Part shown: piece by piece, positions 46,113 through 58,118 of the stretch
Numbering within the stretch: position 1 is the first letter of the stretch
How the letters are laid out: every line of letters begins with the position of its first letter
Source: Azolla caroliniana
Taxonomy: Eukaryota > Plantae > Polypodiophyta
Assembly (NCBI GenBank): GCA_043228905.1
Contig: JBHGNT010000008.1
Location: forward strand, 13,578,001 to 13,642,000
DNA: 64,000 bases
Reading direction: 5' to 3'
Notes under the pieces: generated by a model
The model's database searches: none
What the model was told of the DNA's origin: nothing
What the model saw: only the letters and a program-made list of their open reading frames with translations
Position numbers and translations under genes: made by a program

Positions 46113-48607
46113 CACATCAAGTTCTTCCATCACGAGTACCTTGATGCATTGCAAAAATTTGGTCTTAGGTTGCATCCTGGATTGCGACGATAATGTCTGC
46201 TTGAAGTGGGGATAGCAGTTGACGAAAGAACCAAGTCTGAAGGCCTGAGGAAATATAACTCGTGGTTTCAACTTGCGTTCAGAATAGGGGAGGTGTGGGA
46301 CCTTCAAGATCGAATTTTTAATATGTAGGAGAGAAAAGAAATAAAGGGTCAAAGATCAAAGAAGGCTAACCTCGACCCACAAGTGGACATAAACTCTAAG
46401 TCACGTAAAAGTGAATTAGTAATTGAAGAATTAGCCGAGGATATGAAGTTTCTTCCTTGGCAGTCATTGCAAGGAATCAAAGATGACAGATTATTAATAT
46501 CTATATTATCAAGAGAGGCTATGCAGCCATGATGAAATGGTCACAGAGTTTCAAAAGTGAGTATTCTATGTGATGATTTTTTTTCCTTGTATTGATTTGT
46601 TGATTTGCTCTTCATTCTAACCTTACCTTCTTTTAATATTTAGCCATAAGGTTTATATGAAGATACAAGAGCTGACAATGAAAAAGTTGTCCCTGCCTAC
46701 GTGGGAAGAAGTGGAGCAATCGTGCCCAAAAACATCATCGTACAAGTCTCTTGAAGAATTCTTCATTGTGTTTAGAGAATGGGTATGTATGTTTTACAAA
46801 TATTAATTGATTTTAGGATAATGGGTTTCTTCTTACAAAATTTATAATTACAGAAACCACCTCGTTCAAAGAAAATGGGTGACAACAATGAAGGCATACC
46901 AAGCACCTTCATCACCCATTTGGAACGAGCTAAATATGAGAAACGAATGACAAAAGGAAAGGAGCTCGAGGTGCTTGAGAACTCAGATACTGTGAAAAGC
47001 TTTAGCACAAGGTTGATCCTTTCCGACAATTGTACTATAGTGTATATAATGGTGATGTGGGTAATATGCTTGACATATTACCCAAGCGACATTATACATT
47101 GCTCGTCGCGGATATACCGTATGGATTTCGAATATCAAGCTCTACATACGACGATATACCATACAAATATCCGCAAATAGAGAAGATGGTTAAAGACTTT
47201 ACAGAGCTGACCCTGGCTCCATTATGGTGAATCATTATATTTCATAGTATGGATCAGGCTTTATTGGTCACATATGCCATGCCACCGAACACATGCATTG
47301 GTAAGCTTTATGTTACTATATATTTAATGTATAGATTCTATGGTGCTCACTACATATATATTAACTTGTTTCAATTCAATTATAAAATAGGGTTAAAACA
47401 AACATAACTCGTACCCCAGGTGATTGAATGGTGAGCGTTGTGGAGCATTTGTGTGTGGTCTATTACGATGCTATTTCTAAGAAGATGTCATGGACACACC
47501 AACCCTAGACTACGACGGAGCACAGAAGATGAGGCTACAACCAACGGACAAACTTGGAGCTAGATGTGACGAGGCTAGGAACTCTAGATGTTGTGAGTGA
47601 CATGAGAGAATGGAGACAAAAATAAAGATCAAGGATACAAAGATGAGGCGAACGAGAATACTAGATTGATGTGTCAATGACTGGTGTTGAATCCCTTGAA
47701 AGGGACCAAGAAGGTTACAAGTATTTATACTGTGAGTTGAAGTACATGTATTAGAATATTCTTGAGAATATTTTGGAGAATATTCTAGAACCCTCTAGAA
47801 CCTTTTAGTTCTAGAACTTTCTAAAAACTCCTAGAACATGAATAGATAATCTATGAAGATATACATAACAGGATTATGTACTTGGATATGTTGGCTACAA
47901 TATAATACTTGACTATAATACAAGAGGTCAAGAGTTCAAATCTTGACATAACTGTTGTCATGTATGTGATAGAAGAAGGCTTGGGCACATGTCAATGAGT
48001 GGAACGTTGTCAACTATATCATGTGCCCAGCTATAACGAAGAAATTGTGCCACATGTCAGGTGACAAGAGTCTTGTAAGCCCATATCAAAGGCCCCAATG
48101 ATTGATTAATCGATTGGTCGAGTTGTTCTCAAACCCTGATGATTGGGTTCTCAACGTATTTTCTGGAACAGGTAATTTTATAAGTGTGATCAATTTTTCT
48201 TAAAATAAAATATTATTTTCTGTCTTTGTTTTTTTCCTTTTGCATGTGTGATTGTTTATTTAGGAACGATTGTGTGCGCTCTTAAATTGTTCAGGAACTG
48301 CGTCGCATTAGAGAAGGACCCCGAGCAAGTCAATTTTATAAAGATGAGGATCCAAGGCATTTGGGATTGTCTCGACCAGGATGAAGGGGTTGGGGCAAAG
48401 CATATCAACGAAACTGAGATGTTTCAGTTGACTTTCAAAGAGCCAATGGAACCTATAGATGAGGAAGGAGGGGACCTTGTCGACCTTGAAGAGGCATCGG
48501 GGTTTGATCAAATACAAGATTCAACTAAGGAGATAGAACATATAGATGCAATACAACTGTCAGTTGATCTTGTAGAGCAACCTGTTCTAGACCTCCTAAT
48601 GGAGTGA
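46113..48607 (+). pseudogene. Intron-containing beta-class N6-adenine/N4-cytosine DNA methyltransferase pseudogene with an N-terminal extension (5' truncated)
   Basis: Exons about 46113-46556, 46644-46782, 46854-47300, 47391-48171 (minus the solo LTR and one TSD copy) and 48264-48607; four in-phase GT-AG introns; motifs in order YNGD..LLVADIPYG, HWVK, SPYQRP..LINRLVELFSNPDDWVLNVFSGTGT..ALKLFRNCVALEKD. Confidence 0.88.
47486..47971 (-). repeat. Solo LTR inserted in methyltransferase exon 4
   Basis: TGTCA..TGATA termini; perfect TSD GAAGA; removal restores the frame ISKK-KAWAH; right end is similar to 42145-42238. Confidence 0.9.
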
Positions 48608-49384
48608 TTGTATACTACTTTGTATTTGTAACTAAAGACTTGTAACACTAAACTTGTTTTGGGATATAAGATTTTTTTGTTTGAGTACCATTTCTTTACA
48701 CTATCTGATTGGTGTGCAAACTTTAAGTGTCTATCATATATTTGTAAAGGTTGACTCGCAAAGTATGTGGTTAAGTATAATTTTCATTGAATAGATGATG
48801 ATGAACTTATCGATTGTATGACAAATGTTGGTTAGAATTGTTTCTTTATTAATATAATTGAATTTAGCTTTATTCTAGGATTTATGTTGTCTTTAATCTT
48901 GGTTATTTAGTTTCGAGTGAACACAATAATATTAAGTCAATGTTGTTGCTCACTTGATAATACATTCAGGTTGTTCATGTATGATTGGGATATAATGTTC
49001 GTAGTAGTTTTTGGGCATGTGAATATGTTTCTAATTATAACCAAAAATGTTATTTGCTAATTTAATATAACAATCTTTATAGGAATTAGAGACAAATATA
49101 GCAACAAAATTGTATTTCTAAAATTGTTAAGTTGGATTCAAATTCAACATTATGTAAAGTGAAGCATATTACAATTATAACCTTCCTGTAATCTAACCTA
49201 ATATTAGGATAAATTTGTGTATGAATTGAGAAAATATAAGTTAAATTTGAAATCTTGATAATATTAACTGTATTTTTTAATGATGTTTTTAAAAAGTCAA
49301 GTTTGTTAAAAAATAGTAATTCTTGACATCTCATGTATTTATCAATAAAGGAATGCGACATATTACCTGTTCTAAATGACCCGG

Positions 49385-49547
49385 TGTTACAAGGAGGCTC
49401 CATGACAAGATCTCATCTACTACGAGGGAAATCGGATCCATTCGATAGATTCTCGGAAGCCACTCCAACCGAACTTCCGGAAAGGAGGCATGAAGAAGGT
49501 CCTAGAGGAGTAGATAACGGCAAAAAGTAATTATGCGACAACTGCGA
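49385..49547 (+). pseudogene. gag fragment of the Trp-primed gypsy lineage, continuing at 51024-51126
   Basis: LIYYEGNRIHSIDSRKPLQPNFRKGGMKKVLEE aligns by eye with VVYLWEGRVHAGDTRRALNRNDGRGGMKRLMEE in the 21206-23332 gag. Confidence 0.65.
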
Positions 49548-51019
49548 TGTCGGAGTAGTTGTGGTTCGTGCGGCGAAGTAGCAGAGACTAAGGTTAAAGG
49601 AAGTTGGAAATATATGTTATAAGGCTTGTGCGTTGATGTTAGAAAGATTAAGGATAGGAAGACAAAGTAATGTGTGTGAGAGAGACGAGTATAGATAAAA
49701 GATAGAGACAATGTATGATTTAAGAAGCAAGAGTATATGATATGAATATGATTTATATTAAGAAAACAAGATTTTACCAACTTTACAATGCTTGATAGCA
49801 AGATGAAACCTTTCTCTACCGACCCTTCATTTGAACCCTCGACTTCAACACCCAATCCATGAAAGCTCGCCCTGTTATCCTTGACATATCGTTGAGGTTG
49901 TATTCATTCAATAATGCTCTTTCGAAAATCGCCCATGCTTGATGCTCCCTCTATAGCTCTTGGATCATCTCTTGTAGCCCAATCGCAACGACTTGACTAA
50001 AGCTATTAATTTTTGCAGCTTCGTCGACACCATGTTTAAGCATTTCTTCATTGTAAATCTTGAGAAATCTTGTTAAATTTATACCTTCGAAGATTCCTAC
50101 TTGTGCAAGAATATTGTCGACGGCTTTGTCGATGCTTGCCATCATCCCTTCCTCTCGCATCATTCGTTCCATCATCGTACACATAAGCATCATTTGCTCC
50201 TCCATTTCTCCTTGTCGCCGCCTTCACGTCGGGTTCACCAAATGTGTCGGAGTAGTTGTGGCTCATGCAGCGAAGTCGCAGGGACTAAGGTTAAAGGAAG
50301 TTCGTAATATATTTTATAAGGCTTGTGCGTTGATGTTGAAAGGTTAAGGATAGGAAGACAAAGTAATGTGTGTGTGAGAGACGAGTATAGATAAAAGATA
50401 TAGACAATGTATGATTGAAGAAGCAAGAGTATATGATATGAACATGATTTATATTAAGAAAACAAGATTTTACCAACTTTACAATGCTTGATAACAAGAT
50501 GAAACCTTTCTCTACCGACCCTTGATTTGAACCCTCGACTTCAACACCGAGGGACAAGACACTTCCCCAAATGAGCAAGCTTATTTGCTTGATAAATTGT
50601 TTGATTTCTTACTTTCTCTTCTTGATCCTTCCTTCTTTTCCTTCCACTTTTTTTATAGGTGCCCCCATGCATACAATGCATGTGAGTGTACAAGACATGC
50701 ATGCAATGCATGATCGCGATTTGGCATACATGCATTACATGTGATGCATGATAGACATCTCGCTCATTTGAGCTCTCATGTATGAAAATAGACTGGAAGA
50801 AACAAATAATCTAGTCTAGTGGTATATACTTTGTAATTGGCATGTAAAGTTGTGGGTTCAAGTCTCTCAAATGTTACTGAACACAATATTGAAGTCTATT
50901 TGTATATCCTTTATAATAAAAACAAATAACTTAACCTAGTGGTGTGTACTTTGCACTTGGTATGTGAGTTAAGTCTCTAAAATATTACTGAATATAATAT
51001 TTAAGTTCATTTTTATATC
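49548..51019 (-). mobile_element. Internally deleted Trp-primed gypsy element (5' LTR, PBS, gag start, distal part of 3' LTR)
   Basis: Direct repeat 49548-49850 and 50245-50546; PBS TGGTGAACCCGACGTGAA at 50223-50240; gag SIDKAVDNILAQVGIFEGINLTRFLKIY resembles ALDRAIEAVVGTIGRFSGKDATKYL; right boundary approximate. Confidence 0.82.
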
Positions 51020-51577
51020 GTGAAGCACACCCTTCACTACAGTGGGAATATGTGTGGGTTAGACATCTAAAGCGAAGTCGACTTTCTGGCAGGAGGTGCT
51101 AGATATCTCAAAGAAAACCGGCTTTGTGTTAGATTATAAAATAAAGTATAATATTAGGCGTACAATTAGAACATATTTGATAAATAATGTAATAAATAAT
51201 CATTCCTAAAATACCCCTCTTTTATAAAAACGTTTTGTAACTACCATCTCTCTCTTATATACACATAGTAACCACTATTCATGTGGTGTGAGAAATACAA
51301 TTGTTAACTTCTTGATCTCTCTCTCTCTCTATTATCTTCTTCCTATCTCTTGTGTTATTGGTTGATTTCTTATATGGTATAAGAGCAAAATTAGAGAAAG
51401 GTATCAGAGCATCAATCAAAACACAAAACATTTTGTTCTTGTATTGATTCGGACAATCTAAGTAAGATGGAGTTTGAAGAAGAATCAGAAAACCTATCCA
51501 CATCCACATCAAACAATCACCATCCTGCAAATCCATCAAGTATGGTAAGAAAATATGTAGTTGAGAAACTAACTACT

Positions 51578-54500
51578 TGTTGGGAAACAGGTCCCTCCGG
51601 ATGGGAAGGAAGAAGAACAGTGCCGATGAACAAACTCGGCCGAGGATAATAGGCCGAGGCCGAAACCGGATGAGGAGTACCCGGCTACGGAGAGCCGAAT
51701 GGTGCAGACCCGGTATGAACCGGATGAAGAGACATATTCGTAAATATGTTTCTGAGAGCCCATCGAGGCTACATTTGTAAATAGCCGAAAAGTCATATTA
51801 GTATAAATATGACTTAGGGCAAACTTTTAGTAACTATTGTTGTTGTCATTCTTCCTTGTTGGTGCAAGAAGAAGAGAGAGCACGTAATAGTGTACAGAGA
51901 GAGAGAGAGAGAGAAAGAGATCGTTGCCTCTGTTGTAACCGCCGCGTGTGGCGAAGATCTATGAGCACGAGGTCGTTGCCTCAGTGAACTCACTGTTGTA
52001 CATTCTCACATAGTGACAGTTTGCAGCCTGTGGGCTGCCGTGGTTTTTCCCTCTTTGGGTTTTCCACGTAAACCTCTTGTGTATCTTCCTCTCCATTCTG
52101 TCGTGTTTTATTTCCCGTTTTCTGTGTATCATTCTACGCTCGGTTGTGGCCGAGCGTCGCGCATAAGGAACATCGGGTTCCTGACAAGTGGTATCAGAGC
52201 GAAATCGACACAGAAAATGGACGAATCATTTCGCGGCATGTTCAAGCTCACCGGCTCCAACTATTCAGTATCGAAGTCGAAGATGAGGGACATGCTCGTT
52301 GTTAAAGACCTCTGGCTGCCGGTTCAATTCGGGGACAAGAGACCGGACAAAATCGACGCCGCGATATGGGAGGTGATGCACATGAAGACAACGGCGTACA
52401 TACGGTGCTTCATCGACATGAGCCTGTACAACAACTTCAATGAAGAGAGCAAGGCCCATGAGCTCTGGGAGAAGATCGGCATAATGTTTCAGAACAAAAA
52501 TGTTGTCAATCAGGTGTCGGTATTCCGGAAGCTAGTAAGACTCCGGTACCAAGATGGCTCCAGCATGGCGGAGCACATGAATGCCTTCCAGGGGCTGATA
52601 CACCAGGCAACTTCATTGGAAGTACCTCTCGCCGATGAGGTACTAGCGCTACTCCTGCTCGGTTCCCTCCCGGATAGTTGGGAGACGTTGGCTGTCACTT
52701 TGGGCAACGCCGGGCCGGAAGGAAAACGGTTATCCCTAGCAAGAGTAAAGTCGAGCTTGCTAGATGAGGAGGCGCGTCGGAAAGACAAAGATGCGAGCTC
52801 CGACTCCAAAGCGCTTCTTACCGAATCGGAACGCGGAAGACATAGAAACCGTAGTCCCGAGAACTGGGAGAAGTCGGGGACACGGTCAAAGTCAAGGGGG
52901 AGGCCTACTTGCTTCTATTGCGGCAAGCCGGGACACTTCCAAAAGAACTGTCGGCATTTCCGTAAAGACAAGGAAACCGACGGTACCGATTCGAAGCAAA
53001 CCCCGGACCGTAACGGTAAAGACCGGAGGGGGCCAGACCGGAAGGGAACGACGGCAATCGCGGCAAGTGAAGAAGAGTTGATGCTCATCACCGAGGAGAG
53101 TGAGATAAACCTTGCCGACGACGAGATGACCTGGGTGGTAGACTCCGGAGCATCGTTCCACCTTACCCCGGACCAGAAATGCTTCTCATCCTACTCAGCC
53201 GGTGATCACGGCTGTGTCCGGATGGGGAATGAAGGTACATGCCGAATTGTTGGCATAGGAGACGTGTGGCTGACAACACCAACCGGATGCAAGATGCTGT
53301 TGAAGGATGTCCGACACGTTCCGGAAGTTCATCTGAACCTGATATCAGCCGGTCGGCTAGATGATGAAGGCTACACGGGTAGCATCCGGAATGGTGTCAT
53401 GAAGTTCAACAAAGGGAGCCTGATTGTGGCTCGGGCCCGGAAGTTAAACACATTGTACCTGATGAATGCCTGGTTATGTCTGGAAGAAGTGAACGTGGCA
53501 TCCGACACTGCCGGTGAGCTGTGGCACAAGAGGCTATGTCATATGAGCGAGAAGGGGATGAAGAGGCTTGCAGACGACAACCTCATTCCAGTGAAGAACG
53601 TGCACTTGGAGAAGTGCACTGATTGTCTGGCCGGTAAGCAGAACCGGACCCCCTTTCGATCAAGGCCACCGATGAGACGTAATGCACCACTGGAGTTGGT
53701 GCATACGGAAGTGTGTCAAGTAGACATGAAGTCACATGCCGGAGCGCAGTACTTCGTGACGTTCATAGATGACCACAGCCGGAAGCTGTGGGCCACACCG
53801 TTGAAGACAAAGGATCAGGTGTTATCCGTCTTTAAAGAGCTCCACGCGAGAGTGGAAAGAGAAACCGGCCGGAAGCTGAAGACGGTTCGAGCAGATAACG
53901 GAGGAGAGTACTGGGGGCAGTTCGAGGAGTACTGCCGCTCGAAGGGAATCCGACTCGAATTTACCATGCCAAAGACGCCTGAACTAAACGGACTGGCTGA
54001 GAGGATGAACCGGACCATAATGGAGAGGGTCTGGAGTATGCTAGCGCATGCAAAACTACCCAAGAAGTTTTGGGCTGAGGCACTGTCGATGGCGACATAC
54101 GTGATAAATAGATCACCCTTAGTACCCTTGGACGGAGACACGCCACAGAGAGTGTGGACCGGTAAGGAAGTATCCTACCAGCATCTGAAGGTGTTCAGGT
54201 GTCTCGCGTACGTGCATGTAGCTAAGGACTGGAGATGAAAGCTAGATCCAAAGACCCGGCCATGCATATTCCTCGGTTATGGTGACGATGAGTTCGGCTA
54301 CCGAGTGTGGGACCCGGTCGACAAGAAGGTATTCCGGAGTCGAGACATTATCTTCATGGAGGACAAGACGCTCGCCGACTGGGAGTCGGAGAAGAAGATA
54401 ATGAACTCTGAGTAGACTGGGAAGGATCGACTCTACAATGAGCAGACCCAACCGGCGAGAGACCGGTTAGCACTCGAGGAACCAGCCGGTTACGGTGAGG

Positions 54501-56882
54501 ATACCGAACCGGCAGAAGAAGAAGTAGAGGAAGCTGAGACTAGAACCGGCCAAGACCCCGAATCGGATTCGGATGAAGAGCAAATGGAGGAGCCGGTTAC
54601 CGAAGCCCGAAGACGTAGATATCCTCTCAGAGAGAGAAGGGCGCCCCAGAGATTTCCGGATGCAGAGCATGTTCTGCTGACCGATGAGGGGGAGCCGGAA
54701 AGCTTCGAAGAAGCGAAGGAAGACACCCACAGCCGAAAATGGTTAAGTGCCATGCAGGATGAGATGGATTCCCTGCATGAGAACCATACGTACGAATTGG
54801 TGGAGCTGCCGAAAGGAAAGCGGGCACTCCGAAACAAGTGGGTGTACAAGTTGAAACCGGGAGATGCTGGCAACCCCACGAGATACAAAGCCAGGATCGT
54901 GGTGAAGGGGTTCCAGCAGAAGAAGGGCGTGGACTTCGACGAGATATTTGCCCCAGTAGTAAAGATGACCTCCATCCGGACGGTGCTGAGTATAGCAGCA
55001 AGCATGGACCTCGAGGTAGAGCAGTTGGACGTGAAGATGGCATTCCTTCACGGTGACCTCGAAGAAGAGATCTACATGAAGCAATCGGAAGGATTTGTAG
55101 AGAAAGGGAAGGAGCACCTGGTATGTCGATTGAAGAAGAGCCTGTACGGACTGAAGCAGGCTCCCCGGCAATGGTACCGGAAGTTCGACTCCTTCATGAC
55201 CGATCAAGGGTACCACAAGACGCAGGCCGATCACTGCGTGTTTGTGAAGAAGTTCGAAGGAGGGGACTTCCTGATACTCCTCCTGTACGTGGATGACATG
55301 TTGATCGTCGGACGAGACCAAGGCAAAATACGGATGCTGAAGAAGGCTCTCAACCGGACCTTCTCAATGAAAGACTTGGGTCCGGCAAGACAGATGTTGG
55401 GGATGCACATCATTCGGGACCGGTCAGTGAAGCAATTATGGTTGTCACAGGAGAAGTATGTGACAAAGGTGCTTCACCGGTTCAACATGTCAGAAGCAAA
55501 ACCGGTCGGATCGACACTTCCGGCAAACTGCAAGATGTCCGGTAACCAAAGCCCGAAGACGAAAGCAGAGAAGGCGGATATGATGAAGATTCCATATGCC
55601 TCTGCCGTCGGGAGCTTGATGTACGCAATGGTTTGTACCCGACCGGACATAGGATACGCAGTCGGAGTGGTGAGCCGGTTTATGAGCAATCCCGGCAAGG
55701 AGCACTGGAACGCGGTCAAATGGATACTCCGGTATTTGAAGGGCACTTCAAATATGTGTCTACGATTCGGCTCCGGAAAACCTCAACTGGACAGTTTCAC
55801 CGATTCGGACATGTCGGCTGATGTGGATACCAGCCGGTCTACATCCGGGTATGTAATGACATATGCAGGGGGAGCTGTTTCGTGGCAGTCGAGGCTGCAG
55901 AAGACGGTTGCATTGTCAACCACGGAGGCGGAGTACATGGCGGCTGTGGAAGCCGGCAAGGAAATTTTATGTATGAAGGACTTCATCGGAGAGCTCGGTA
56001 AACGGCAAGAGGAATACCGACTCTATTGCGACAGTCAAAGTGCCATCCACCTTGTTAAGAATGCGGCCTACCATTCCCAGACGAAGCATATCCAGCGGAG
56101 GTATCACTGGATCCGGGAAAGAGTAGATGACCAGGAGTTCGCACTGACGAAGATCCACACGACCGAGAACGGGTCAGATATGCTTACCAAAGTGATGACA
56201 CCCGACAAGCTGAACGCATGCCAGAAGAAGGTCGGGCTGGTAAGACACCCCATGCCGGAGTGAAGGGGAAGTTTGTTGGGAAACAGGTCCCTCCGGATGG
56301 GAAGGAAGAAGAACAGTGCCGATGAACAAACTCGGCCGAGGCTAATAGGCCGAGGCCGAAACCGGATGAGGAGTACCCGGCTACGGAGAGCCGGATGGTG
56401 CAGGCCCGGTATGAACCGGATGAAGAGACATATTCGTAAATATGTTTCTGAGAGCCCATCGAGGCTACATTTGTAAATAGCCGAAAAGTCATATTAGTAT
56501 AAATATGACTTAGGGCAAACTTTTAGTAACTATTGTTGTTGTCATTCTTCCTTGTTGGTGCAAGAAGAAGAGAGAGCACGTAATAGTGTACAGAGAGAGA
56601 GAGAGAGAGAAAGAGATCGTTGCCTCTGTTGTAACCGCCGCGTGTGGCGAAGATCTGTGAGCACGAGGTCGTTGCCTCAGTGAACTCACTGTTGTACATT
56701 CTCACATAGTGACAGTTTGCAGCCTGTGGGCTGCCGTGGTTTTTCCCTCTTTGGGTTTTCCACGTAAACCTCCTGTGTATCTTCCTCTCCTTTGTGTCGT
56801 GTTTTATTTCCTGTTTTCTGTGTATCATTCTACGCTCGGTTGTGGCCGAGCGTCGCGCATAAGGAACGTCGGGTTCCTGACA
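51578..56882 (+). mobile_element. Young full-length Ty1/copia family A element (Tnt1/Tork-like)
   Basis: 609-bp LTRs 51578-52186 and 56274-56882 (about 9 substitutions counted by eye); perfect TSD CTACT; iMet PBS 52189-52200; PPT GAAGGGGAAG. Confidence 0.97.
52217..56263 (+). pseudogene. Copia gag-pol in a single frame with two premature stops (54236-54238 and about 54414)
   Basis: CFYCGKPGHFQKNC, WVVDSGAS, LWHKRLCH, ADNGGEY, LYVDDML and STTEAEY; the sister copy has sense codons at both stop positions. Confidence 0.93.
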
Positions 56883-58118
56883 CTACTCACAATTACAAGA
56901 TGTGGACGGCACGGATGGAGTTGATAATGGAGCGTAATAATCTAAAAGATATAATAGATGGTTCCATGAAAATGCTTGAACAAGAACGTAAGATGAGCAT
57001 GTGGAAAAGGAGAGACCTAGACGCTAGAATGGAGATAATAATGCACTTAAGTGACGAGCAAGTCGATTATGTTCGAAACTTACACACAACAAATGAAATG
57101 TGGGAGTATTTGCAAAAGATTCATCAACCATCTGACGGGACAACAATTTTTTTTCATTCAGATCATTAATGTATTTACAGATGAAAGAAGGTGAACAAAT
57201 CAACACATTTATAATGACGTGGCAAAAGCAATTAGATACAGCCATCTCTTCAGACAATAATATCGATGAAATATCTAAATGTGAAATTTTAATGGGAGCC
57301 CTACCAGAATCATGGATGACTTTTGTAGGTATTCTTGGTGAAGACAAAAATTTAAATTTACAAAATTTAGTAGCAAAGTTAAAGCAGGATGAACTACAAA
57401 GGAAAAGAACGAGTTCACAACACGAGGCTAGCCACATGACCATGGCAGCCTCAATGAGAAATAATCGAGGCAACTTTGTGAAGCAGAAATTTCAACAGTT
57501 TCCAAACAACCAGAAGTTTCAACAGTTTCCAAACAACCAGAAGTTTCAACAGAAGAACAAATCAAATGGAATGGGAGGCTTGACGATATCTACGATCACA
57601 TGTAGGTATTGTAATAAACAAGGTCATTTTGAAAACGATTGTAGAAAGAAGCAATTTGATCTTAAAAGGAAAGGGAAGAAGTCTTATCCCGAAATACATA
57701 GTGCATCATTACAAAATGATAATGTGAACTATTGTGAAGAAGATGAAGACAATAGATTTATACAAGCTTTTACAAGTGATGCAAATGAAAGTCAAGTGAA
57801 TCAAAAGAAAGGCAACGACAACCTCTGATTCTTCGACACTGGGGCGATGCATCAATTGACGAATAACAGAAATCTTCTACATAACTATTGCCCCCTTCCA
57901 CAAGTACTCCAAGTTACATTCGGCGACCATGGCACAAACGTAGTCATTGTCAAAGGGGAAGTACAATTGTCTCTAAACAAATCAAAGACGGTAAACATTC
58001 CAAATGTTTATTATGTTCCAAGTGTAATGAGAAACTTAATATCCGTAAGTGAAGCAACAAAAAATGGAACAAGTATACAATTCAATAATAATTTTGTGGT
58101 TATTTCTCATGAATTACC

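Larger units (their letters stand above)
51127..58118 (+). mobile_element. AT-rich copia family C 5' portion (LTR, PBS, gag-protease), interrupted by copia A and truncated
   Basis: GGTATCAGAGC at 51400-51410; gag reads VVEKLTT-HNYKMW across the insertion; zinc knuckle CRYCNKQGHFENDC; FFDTGA protease motif. Confidence 0.82.

Noticed and set aside
51030-51050. CACTAC motif as a CACTA terminus for a methyltransferase-carrying transposon
   Set aside because: No partner TIR or subterminal repeats found, and it lies within a gag remnant
57484-57552. 27-bp repeat encoding QKFQQFPNN
   Set aside because: Simple in-frame slippage duplication in a gag linker
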